From NCBI GenBank assembly GCA_902464635.1, contig CABQKC010000007.1, positions 5,772-69,771 on the forward strand: a stretch of DNA of 64,000 bases, read 5' to 3'. Source of the DNA: an uncultured Bacillales bacterium (GTDB lineage Bacteria; Bacillota_I; Bacilli_A; RFN20; CAG-826). A model generated the notes under the pieces. That model did not search any database. It was given only the letters and a program-made list of their open reading frames with translations, and was not told where the DNA came from. Made by a program: the position numbers and the translations under genes. Below, in pieces: positions 1 through 8,030 of this stretch (position 1 is its first letter; every line of letters starts with the position of its first letter).

Positions 1-38
1 CCTGCCCCGACGATTAAATAATCAAATTGCTTTTTCAT
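1..38 (-). CDS. 5' end (first 12 codons) of a gene running off the left edge; N-terminus of a Rossmann FAD/NAD(P)-binding protein
   Basis: Reverse complement of 1..38 reads ATG AAA AAG CAA TTT GAT TAT TTA ATC GTC GGG GCA GG, which translates as MKKQFDYLIVGAG. This is the start of a GxGxxG dinucleotide-binding motif. It is too short to name the enzyme. Confidence 0.3.
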   Translation of the reverse strand, partial: MKKQFDYLIVGA

Positions 39-118
39 ATGTATTATTATGTCTACTTTATTTAGATAAAGTCATTAATTTTTGCATTAAGCAAGTCATA
101 AGGATAAAATTTGTCCAT

Positions 119-2422
119 ATGAAACAAAATCTAAATTATTCCCTTTCTTTTAAAGAAGGGTTTGACAAAACTGACATTAATCCTTTTAAAGGAGAAAAAG
201 TTGACTTGCCACATCAAGCAAGAATTTCCCCTTCTTATCATTATTTTAACGATGAATATTATAAAGGGACCTATACATATCAAATTATCTTTGATGATGA
301 ATATCCTAGCTTGCCTATAAAGATTCTCCACCTAGAAGGAGCGATGTTAAAGGTAAAGTGTTATATAAATTCAAAATATGTAGGGGAACAAATTAGTGGT
401 TATCTTCCAATTGAATTTAATCTGACTAACCTTATAAAGAAAAAAGACAATGTCTTAACTTTGGTAGTTATTTCAGACGAAGATAAGGATATCCCTCCTT
501 TTGGACATCTAACTGATTATCTTTGCTTTGCAGGCATTTACCGTGAGATGTATCTATATTCTTATCCAGATAAATATATTTCGTCTTTTTATGTAAATGC
601 TTCCATGTCTGGTAAATTAGATATCCATATCGATTATGTTGGAGAGACAATTAATAAACCTTTGTTCCAGCTTAAAAAGGATGATAAATTAATAAAAGAA
701 TTCAAAGAAACTTCTTTGACTATAGAAAATATCACCCCATATTCATTAGAAAATCCTTTCTTATATACTTTCAATATTATTTATGAAGGGGAAATATATT
801 CTTCTAGGATTGGCTTTAGGGATATTGAATTTAAAGTAGATGGTTTCTATCTAAACAAGAAAAAGATAAAGCTAATAGGAATGAATAGGCACCAGACATA
901 TCCCTATATTGGAGGGGCTGCTTCAAAATCACTTCAAGAAGAAGATGCCGATTTCATTAAATATAAATTAGGTTGCAATTTGGTTAGGACTAGCCATTAT
1001 CCCCAAAGTGAGCATTTCCTTTCTAGATGTGATGAAATCGGGCTTCTTCTAATTGATGAAATACCAGGTTGGCAGCATATAGGAAATGAAAAATGGAAAT
1101 CTAACTGCATCGATTTTGCCTCTAGGATGATTAAGAAAGAAAGAAATCACCCCTGCTTAATCTCCTATGGATTAAGGATAGATGAATCCAGGGATGATGA
1201 TGAATTATATGGAAAGATAAACAAAATCCAAAAGGAACTAGATCCCTATAGATATTCTTTAGGAGTAAGGAATTTCAAGGGTTCAAGTCTAAAGGAAGAT
1301 ATATATGCCTATAATGACTTCTCTTGTAATAACATTAATCATGGGCTAGATGAGCCTTCTACTTATAACCAGAATAAACCTTCAATCGTAACCGAACATT
1401 CTGGACATACTTTCCCTGTTAAGAGTTTTGATTCCATCTATAGGATTAAAGAAGGCGTATTAAGGCATCTACGTATATTAGATGATACTTATAAACATAA
1501 AGATTCACTTGGCTCGATATGTTGGTGTGCCTTTGATTACAACACGAAAAGAGATTTTGGCTCAGGAGACAATATATGTCATCATGGAGTGGCTTCTATT
1601 TTTAGAAACGAAAAGGATGTAAGCTACGTCTATTCTAGCCAAAAAGATGATGAAATAATCCTTCATCCATTAGGAATGTTTAATGCAGGAGATTTAGATG
1701 AAGCTAGATTAAATAGGATATTAGTACTTACTAACTGTGATTATATTTCTTTGTCTATTGGGGATGAATTTATATCTAATTTCTATCCAGATAGCAAAAA
1801 TTACCCAAACTTAAAGCATCCTCCAATTATCATCGATGATTTAATCGGGACTAGATTTAAGGATGATAGATTTAATAAAAAAGAATCCAAATGGATAAAA
1901 GATGCCTTAAATGAAGCCTGTTTTGATGGATTCAATAATCTTTCATTTAAAACTAAGATCAAGGTTGGATTAATAATCGCCAAATATCACCTTACCTTCC
2001 CTGATTTATCAGATTTATTTACCAAATATATTGGGGGATGGGGCGATAAAAATAGGAAATTCATCATCAAAGGATATAAAAATAACAAGGAAGTCGATGT
2101 AACTTGTTTCTCTTGCTTTGACCATTATGAATATAGTTTCAGGTCGAATAAATATATATTAAGGAATGAATCTAGTTATGATACAGGGGTGGTATATATT
2201 AAAAAAGTTGACCAAGACGGCCATATCTTGCCTTATGATTTCTCCTCAATAAGTGTCAAAACAAAAGGACCTATTAGGTTATTAGGTCCTTCTATGATTA
2301 ATCTAGAATCGGGATCTACTTCTATTTATGTTGCCTCTGCTCTAGTTAAGAAAGAAGAAGAGGCCAAGCTCATATTAGAAGGAGAATTCGGGACTAAAGA
2401 AATTAAGTTTATTGTACGGTAG
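119..2422 (+). CDS. Glycoside hydrolase family 2 (beta-galactosidase/beta-glucuronidase-type) enzyme
   Basis: 767-aa ORF. GH2 TIM-barrel signatures are present: 'NLVRTSHYPQSEHFLSRCDEIGLLLIDEIPGW', 'NHPCLISYG' and the probable nucleophile region 'IVTEHSGH'. An AAGGA sequence lies upstream of the ATG. Confidence 0.8.
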   Translation: MKQNLNYSLSFKEGFDKTDINPFKGEKVDLPHQARISPSYHYFNDEYYKGTYTYQIIFDDEYPSLPIKILHLEGAMLKVKCYINSKYVGEQISGYLPIEFNLTNLIKKKDNVLTLVVISDEDKDIPPFGHLTDYLCFAGIYREMYLYSYPDKYISSFYVNASMSGKLDIHIDYVGETINKPLFQLKKDDKLIKEFKETSLTIENITPYSLENPFLYTFNIIYEGEIYSSRIGFRDIEFKVDGFYLNKKKIKLIGMNRHQTYPYIGGAASKSLQEEDADFIKYKLGCNLVRTSHYPQSEHFLSRCDEIGLLLIDEIPGWQHIGNEKWKSNCIDFASRMIKKERNHPCLISYGLRIDESRDDDELYGKINKIQKELDPYRYSLGVRNFKGSSLKEDIYAYNDFSCNNINHGLDEPSTYNQNKPSIVTEHSGHTFPVKSFDSIYRIKEGVLRHLRILDDTYKHKDSLGSICWCAFDYNTKRDFGSGDNICHHGVASIFRNEKDVSYVYSSQKDDEIILHPLGMFNAGDLDEARLNRILVLTNCDYISLSIGDEFISNFYPDSKNYPNLKHPPIIIDDLIGTRFKDDRFNKKESKWIKDALNEACFDGFNNLSFKTKIKVGLIIAKYHLTFPDLSDLFTKYIGGWGDKNRKFIIKGYKNNKEVDVTCFSCFDHYEYSFRSNKYILRNESSYDTGVVYIKKVDQDGHILPYDFSSISVKTKGPIRLLGPSMINLESGSTSIYVASALVKKEEEAKLILEGEFGTKEIKFIVR

Positions 2423-4043
2423 TTTCTTTTCTTTTCTTGATTTCCTTTACCATGAAATCATATTTTTCTTCATCTATTTCATAGAAGAAATGGACAAGGA
2501 TATAAGATGCTGCTAATAGAATTATAGTCGCCCCAATCATCCATATACCCATGATGATTTTAGGTTGCCTTGCTACTTCATTGATAATTGAAGTTACCTT
2601 AGTAGCAGCTTCATTCGCATATAGATCGGCATTATCTGGATTAGCAGCTGTTTTAGATGCTAGTTCAGATTGGGTTTCAGATATTTGCTGGGTAACTCCA
2701 TAAATGCCAGCCGAAAGGAAAGTAACTAATATGATTCCTTTTTGGATAGCACTAGATAATTTGGCGGTAAATGGTCTCCAGCTAGACACAACCGCTTCTT
2801 TCCTCTCATTATATTTATATTCGCCATATTCGATGGTATTTTGAAGCATGACGATTAGAACCATGTAATAGATTCCTTCAGCCCCAAAGAATAACAATGG
2901 AGGTATATAAAGTAATGATAAAGTTCCTCCAAAAGCCCAGCCTAATCCTCCTCCTGCATTTGGATTATAGGCAAGTGGCTTCTCGCCAAATATAGGGAAT
3001 CCGACTAGGAAAAGCATGATATAGGCGGCCACAGCAATAAAAAAAGTCCAGGTCAATAAGGTTTGACGTTTGAATTTGTCGATTAATGGCTTGAATAAGA
3101 ATTGGGATAACAATGTACCTAATGCATACATTACGGTAAATATAAGCATGATGGATCCGCCAGTTTCTCCACCATATCCATAAGACAAATAGAAATAATT
3201 CGAGCCAAAAGATACGACTAACGAACAGGCTGTATAATAAAATAGAAGCGATAAGACAATTATTAGCAAAGGCTTATTCTTGCCTAGCATCTTAAACATA
3301 TCTGCTAGTTTTACTTGCTCGCTTACTTTGGATTGGGTTTCATCTATCTTCTTTTCCTTGCAAAGGAAATAGATGGCTAATTGGCTAAGCAAGAACAAGA
3401 TGGCAGTAGGAATAGCGATATAGCCATAGATATAGCTAGAATTTTTAGCAGTTGGCAATATCGAACAGACTCCATACATTGCAAAAGTGCCCAAGGAGAC
3501 AAATATCGATACCATCGTAGTAACATTATTTCTTTCCTTTTCATCACTAGTCAATGATGGAAGCATAGCCCAATAGGCGCAATCATTCATCGTAAACACA
3601 AAATCCCAAAGGAAATAGAATATGCCAAAGCACACTATATATGCCCATCCAGTTGGACGAAGTAAGAACAAACATAGCAATACAATTGTATTCCCTACTC
3701 CTCCAATCAATATCCAAGGTTTATATTTGCCGGTTTTGAAATGTACTTTTTCAATTAATACCCCCATAATCGGGTCATTTAAGGCATCCCAGACAAGGCA
3801 AACAATGAAGATAATATTAATTACAAATATCTGCTGCGTATATTGTCCAGATGCATTTCCGGTGGCTAATACACCTGAATACATCATGAAAGTAAGAAGG
3901 AAACTAGATATCAATTGATAGCTAGAATCGCGGAAAATGGATGCAACAGAAAAAATCCATTTAGTTTTCTTAGGGATTTTATCCGTATCATAAGTTTCGC
4001 TTAAAAAGGAAAATCCTCTAATTTTATGTTGGGGCTTATTCAT
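2409..4043 (-). CDS. Glycoside-pentoside-hexuronide (GPH/MelB-YicJ-UidB type) cation symporter
   Basis: 544-aa polytopic membrane ORF. The GPH-like motif 'WDALNDPIMGVLIEK...GKYKPWIL' follows TM2. The gene is convergent with the GH2 gene and its 3' end overlaps it by 14 nt. Confidence 0.75.
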   Translation of the reverse strand: MNKPQHKIRGFSFLSETYDTDKIPKKTKWIFSVASIFRDSSYQLISSFLLTFMMYSGVLATGNASGQYTQQIFVINIIFIVCLVWDALNDPIMGVLIEKVHFKTGKYKPWILIGGVGNTIVLLCLFLLRPTGWAYIVCFGIFYFLWDFVFTMNDCAYWAMLPSLTSDEKERNNVTTMVSIFVSLGTFAMYGVCSILPTAKNSSYIYGYIAIPTAILFLLSQLAIYFLCKEKKIDETQSKVSEQVKLADMFKMLGKNKPLLIIVLSLLFYYTACSLVVSFGSNYFYLSYGYGGETGGSIMLIFTVMYALGTLLSQFLFKPLIDKFKRQTLLTWTFFIAVAAYIMLFLVGFPIFGEKPLAYNPNAGGGLGWAFGGTLSLLYIPPLLFFGAEGIYYMVLIVMLQNTIEYGEYKYNERKEAVVSSWRPFTAKLSSAIQKGIILVTFLSAGIYGVTQQISETQSELASKTAANPDNADLYANEAATKVTSIINEVARQPKIIMGIWMIGATIILLAASYILVHFFYEIDEEKYDFMVKEIKKRKETTVQ

Positions 4044-4107
4044 AAATTCCTCCGAAAAGATAAGTAAATATTATGCCTAAATTAATTTAAGATAAAGGAA
4101 AATAAAT

Positions 4108-4140
4108 AAAAAAGCATAGACGAACCGTACCATCTATGCC
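4108..4140 (-). terminator. Rho-independent terminator (minus strand)
   Basis: Minus strand reads GCATAGA-12 nt loop-TCTATGC followed by TTTTTT. It lies about 190 nt downstream of the 171-aa gene and 65 nt upstream of the symporter start. Confidence 0.6.
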
Positions 4141-4330
4141 AAATTGGTTTTTATTAGCTATAAAGTTCAATTATGTATAGATAACTCACATAACGCCAGT
4201 AAAGGCAAGACCCACACAAGGAATAAGTGGATAACCGTAATCTACTTAATCTAGTAAGAAGCAGGAGCAATTTTGCTATTAGCTTTTCTTTTTTAAAAGG
4301 AATTGATCTAAATATCTAAACGGAAAGAAA

Positions 4331-4846
4331 TTAGAATTCGATTGAAGAATTTAGATTTGTTTTATCGATAGCGACTTGCAGGGCACTTAATTCCCTTTGA
4401 GTCTCTTTCAAGATGTTTTTGGCATCCTCAATGTTATAGCAAGACTTATAGACAGAAATCTCACTATTATAATTTGGAGAAGAAGAAAAGAATTGAGTCT
4501 TCTTTGCTAATATTGTTAAAGTAGAAATTTCTTTCTTTAGTTCTGCTAATCTAACTAATCCTTCATTAATATTGAAGTCATAGCCATCTACTAAAGTATT
4601 GTTATTGAATGTATTTAAGACATTCTTAATCTTTCTTTCTTCATTGAATAATTCTTTTACCTTTTTTCTATTGGAAGCAAAATCATATTCATTAGCAAAA
4701 GCAGGATCATAGGTAGTTTTCCCATCATTACTGGTCTTTTTTTCCATAAGGACGGTAGAGTTTGTTTTATCATCAGAATAAATATCATTTAATTCTTCTT
4801 CGATAAATTTTAATTTCTTCATTAATTCAGTTGCAGTTATTTTCAT
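4331..4846 (-). CDS. Small coiled-coil protein, distant DIP1984/septicolysin-like family candidate
   Basis: 171 aa. The layout matches the recalled DIP1984 family: N-terminal 'MKITATELMKKL', central 'IKNVLNTFNNNT..NINEGLVRLAELKKEI', C-terminal 'RELSALQVAIDKTNLNSSIEF'. It has its own AGAGG RBS and a TATAAT-like box (4873-4878, minus strand) in the 110-nt gap to the ATPase gene. Confidence 0.4.
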   Translation of the reverse strand: MKITATELMKKLKFIEEELNDIYSDDKTNSTVLMEKKTSNDGKTTYDPAFANEYDFASNRKKVKELFNEERKIKNVLNTFNNNTLVDGYDFNINEGLVRLAELKKEISTLTILAKKTQFFSSSPNYNSEISVYKSCYNIEDAKNILKETQRELSALQVAIDKTNLNSSIEF

Positions 4847-4955
4847 ATCAACACCTCTTTTTGTTTGAGTTTATTATATGTTATAAAAACACTCATTCTG
4901 AAAGCAAATTAAAAAAGTACGTGTGCAAGTACATTTTTAAAAATAGGCACTTCGT

Positions 4956-6215
4956 TTACTCTTTTAATAGCTCAAAAAGTGAGAATAAATCCGGAGAAGG
5001 TATTGAGCCAAATTGACCTTTCAAATAATATTCAACAATATCTTCATCGCCCCTAATTCCGTTTTTCCCCCTAGAAGTATATGAAGACAATCTAGATACT
5101 TTGCTTGAACTAGAGTCAGATATATCAACTAAATATATCTGATCTTTCCTAAACATTTCTTTCAAATCTAGAAGCAATGCATCTTGGGTAGAGAATATCA
5201 ATTGAGCCTTTTTATTAAGCATATTGGAAAACATTGCGACTATAGACTTGGTTAATATATGATGCAAGGAACTATCAATTTCATCTACAACCAAGATTTT
5301 TCCATTACTTAAGGCATCATAAATATAGCCAGAAAGTGCGATTAATTTCAAAGTTCCAGACGATTCAAATAAAATCGATGGAACCCTATATCCATTATGC
5401 AAACTATACAGCTTTAAATTTTCTTTGCTAAAGGAAGGATCGTTTAATACATTATGGAGTTTATCATCTATAGGAGCATCGCTATAGACATTATTATCAA
5501 AACCGAAATCACTAATATGCAAATCACAATTCTTGACAAATTCCTTGATAAATTTAGCAGCCTTCGGATTGCTTTGAATTAATTTAATCGTATTGGATAT
5601 ATCTACTTTTTCATCCATTTTTAGGAAAGTTATCGAATTGGCAAAATCTAAATAATCTTGTTTGGCTTGCTTCAAAAGGCTATTTTCATCGTCGTTAAAA
5701 ACAATCATAAACGGAAAAGAAGGCGAAAAAAGTTTCATTACATTCGCATTTTTAAGACTCTTTTCCATATCAATCCAGTTAAGCGAAGAAGAGGTACGTT
5801 CAAAAATCTTTGTTTTAGTTGAAGAAACCGCAGAAATAGCAAGCAAGAATAAACTCTCGTATAGATATTGACGACTTGAATTATCATAATCCAAACAATA
5901 CCTATAAAACCTGCCATTAATTAGATATTCAATTGAAAAAGATGTTATCTCACCTTTTTTTGCAAAAGCACTAGAAAAAGAAGAATGTTGTTCATTAAGC
6001 ATCAAGACCTTTAAATCAATTAAGGAAGTCAAAAGGCATGTCTTGCCTGTATTGTTCGGACCATAAATTCCTATAGTTTTCAATATATCCAATCCTAGAT
6101 AATCAAGATAGTTGTAATCAAATCTTTTTATATTCTTATTGGCAAAGAAATCTAAATCTGCCCTTTCTCCAAAGGCTTTATAATTCTCTAGGCTAAATTT
6201 GCAAATCATAGGCAC
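4956..6215 (-). CDS. ABC/SMC-like AAA_21-type ATPase (abortive-infection/defence-type ATP-binding protein)
   Basis: Motifs present: Walker A 'GPNNTGKTC', signature-like 'SSGTLKLIALSG', Walker B 'ILVVDEIDSSLH', and the C-terminal 'DQIYLVD...YYLKGQFGSIP' motif typical of this ATPase family. The ORF-track start is GTG at 6215. The ATG at 6209 has better spacing to AGGAAA and is the more likely start. Confidence 0.75.
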   Translation of the reverse strand: MPMICKFSLENYKAFGERADLDFFANKNIKRFDYNYLDYLGLDILKTIGIYGPNNTGKTCLLTSLIDLKVLMLNEQHSSFSSAFAKKGEITSFSIEYLINGRFYRYCLDYDNSSRQYLYESLFLLAISAVSSTKTKIFERTSSSLNWIDMEKSLKNANVMKLFSPSFPFMIVFNDDENSLLKQAKQDYLDFANSITFLKMDEKVDISNTIKLIQSNPKAAKFIKEFVKNCDLHISDFGFDNNVYSDAPIDDKLHNVLNDPSFSKENLKLYSLHNGYRVPSILFESSGTLKLIALSGYIYDALSNGKILVVDEIDSSLHHILTKSIVAMFSNMLNKKAQLIFSTQDALLLDLKEMFRKDQIYLVDISDSSSSKVSRLSSYTSRGKNGIRGDEDIVEYYLKGQFGSIPSPDLFSLFELLKE

Positions 6216-6235
6216 TTTCCTTTTTTTACCCCTAT

Positions 6236-6243
6236 ATTATACA
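6236..6243 (-). promoter_or_regulatory. Extended -10 element (TGTATAAT) for the ATPase gene
   Basis: Minus strand reads TGTATAAT about 20 nt upstream of the start region. The box lies directly after the terminator of the upstream gene. Confidence 0.45.
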
Positions 6244-6290
6244 TAAAATTATTAAACCGTGTAAATATTTTGCACAGTTTCAAGAATACA

Positions 6291-6328
6291 AATAAAAATA
6301 CCCCTCCTCCTATTTTTAGGATTTGGGG
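6291..6328 (-). terminator. Rho-independent terminator after the DUF2804 gene
   Basis: Minus strand forms a hairpin (outer stem CCCC/GGGG, inner stem TCCTA/TAGGA) followed by TATTTTTATT. Confidence 0.55.
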
Positions 6329-6354
6329 CAAGTACATATTAAGTGATTATCAAA

Positions 6355-7386
6355 TTACCATCTATTATGGACCCGCTCGGCAAATCCTAATAAATCCTTA
6401 ACGATGACCATCTTGCCATCGAGAAGTAATTTTCCATTAAATAATCCAAATACCTGATGTTGCCTAGATTCAATAATCAAAGCAGAAGAAATTGCCTTCC
6501 TATCTAAAATAGGGGTGAATTCAAGATCAACTTCTCCAGTTGGAGAACGGAATTTCCATTTACCTAGATAATCAAAATTGCCATCCTTCTTTAAAGGAAT
6601 ATCCATCCTTACTTCCCTTACTTTATAAGAAGAATCTCCATAATAGATAATATTCTCACTAGCAGCTTTAGTATCGCCAAATCCATAGCCAAAATTAAAT
6701 CCAATCTTGACTCCATCCATAATAGAAGATAAAGAAGACCAATACCAGGTAGAAGAATATTCCCATACCCCTCTTCCCCAATCCAATACTCCGTAAGTCG
6801 AGCCGTTCAAATCGATATATCTATCGCCTATTTTGGCATATCCTCCAGAAGAAAGGAGATTAATCTTCTGGTTATAATAGAATCTATGTGGTTTCTTAAA
6901 TGGAGTTGCGATTACTAAGGTATCATCAATAGTAGGAGTCAAAATAACATCACATCTAAACGAATTACCTTTCTTATCAAAATTAGGGTAATAAGCCTTT
7001 AGATGTCTTTTATTTCCTTCTAAAACAAAAGAAATACTAACTTTGCCTAATGAATAAGAGACATCACCTTCACTTGAGTTTGAAGGCATATTAATCTTGC
7101 CAAGAGGGAACCATCCCATTTTGCTTCTAGTTATTTCTTTTTTGGAATTAAAATCCAAATAGGAAATAGAAAGCATCGACATATAGCCATTATCTGCAAT
7201 AGTAAGGGCAATCCCATTATCCTTATTGCCGACATAATAATAATCCCATTCCTTAATTAGGAATTTGGGGGCATTTATCATCTTCCTATCATACTTCTTA
7301 ACTAGTTTTTTAGCATATCCAGGTTCAGCTAGATTGCCATCTTTGTCCAATAAAGGACCTTCATTCATGTAGTGATCAATTTCCAT
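6355..7386 (-). CDS. DUF2804-family protein (function unknown)
   Basis: 343 aa. It carries 'LIKEWDYYYV' and the Trp-rich 'DWGRGVWEYSSTWYWSSLS', both as recalled for DUF2804. Confidence 0.5.
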   Translation of the reverse strand: MEIDHYMNEGPLLDKDGNLAEPGYAKKLVKKYDRKMINAPKFLIKEWDYYYVGNKDNGIALTIADNGYMSMLSISYLDFNSKKEITRSKMGWFPLGKINMPSNSSEGDVSYSLGKVSISFVLEGNKRHLKAYYPNFDKKGNSFRCDVILTPTIDDTLVIATPFKKPHRFYYNQKINLLSSGGYAKIGDRYIDLNGSTYGVLDWGRGVWEYSSTWYWSSLSSIMDGVKIGFNFGYGFGDTKAASENIIYYGDSSYKVREVRMDIPLKKDGNFDYLGKWKFRSPTGEVDLEFTPILDRKAISSALIIESRQHQVFGLFNGKLLLDGKMVIVKDLLGFAERVHNRW

Positions 7387-7442
7387 ATCTAAATTATAAA
7401 AAGGCTAGAGAACCTTTTAAAGTCCATCTAGCCTAAATTGTC

Positions 7443-8030
7443 TTATTTTTGCTTTGGAAGTGCCCCAAGAGGCTTAAGCATGTTATTTGATAATATAACT
7501 GCTGCCTTATCATCTTTTGGGGAATCATCTTTGTTGTCCAATGATACGAATAAATCGAAGAAATTAATTAAATTACCAATTAATCCTGGCAAAGGGGATT
7601 TATCTTTCATGTTGAAGGAAGCTAGTTCAATCAAAGAGAAGATGAATTTGGCCACTACTTCAAAATTACGCTTGCCAATAATAGAAATCATTTTAAGCTC
7701 TACATCATTTAGCTTTTCTAAATCATCATAGCCATATGAATTCTTTTGGTTGCTAGTCTCTGCTACATAACGTAGATAATCGCTTTCTTCCTTGTTGGTA
7801 AAATTATAGAAGAATACGGCCTGGTCATGGCTCATTCCCCCATAACTAGAAGCAATTTCCATCATTGTCTGCATAGTAATCATGGCAAATGCACGGCAGA
7901 AATTCTTGTCGCTAGAAGAGAATTCATCTTTTTGGATATCCTTGTCGAATTGCTTAAAGAAGGCACATAAAGCCAAATCGACGTTGGAATAAGAGGCAAA
8001 TGCTTGTTTTTCAATATCTAGTTTTTCCAT
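7443..8030 (-). CDS. Hypothetical helical protein, translationally coupled to the hydrogenase gene
   Basis: 195-aa ORF. Its ATG overlaps the hydrogenase stop codon (TAATG at 8028-8032). No recognisable motif. Confidence 0.5.
   Translation of the reverse strand: MEKLDIEKQAFASYSNVDLALCAFFKQFDKDIQKDEFSSSDKNFCRAFAMITMQTMMEIASSYGGMSHDQAVFFYNFTNKEESDYLRYVAETSNQKNSYGYDDLEKLNDVELKMISIIGKRNFEVVAKFIFSLIELASFNMKDKSPLPGLIGNLINFFDLFVSLDNKDDSPKDDKAAVILSNNMLKPLGALPKQK

Noticed and set aside
4140-4330. Possible SRP (4.5S/scRNA) gene, suggested by 'GTAAGAAGCAGGAGC', which resembles the GGAAGCAGC domain-IV motif.
   Set aside because: I could not build the conserved helix-8 asymmetric/symmetric loop pairing or a closing GNRA tetraloop context by eye. 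The segment is kept only as an unassigned candidate sRNA.
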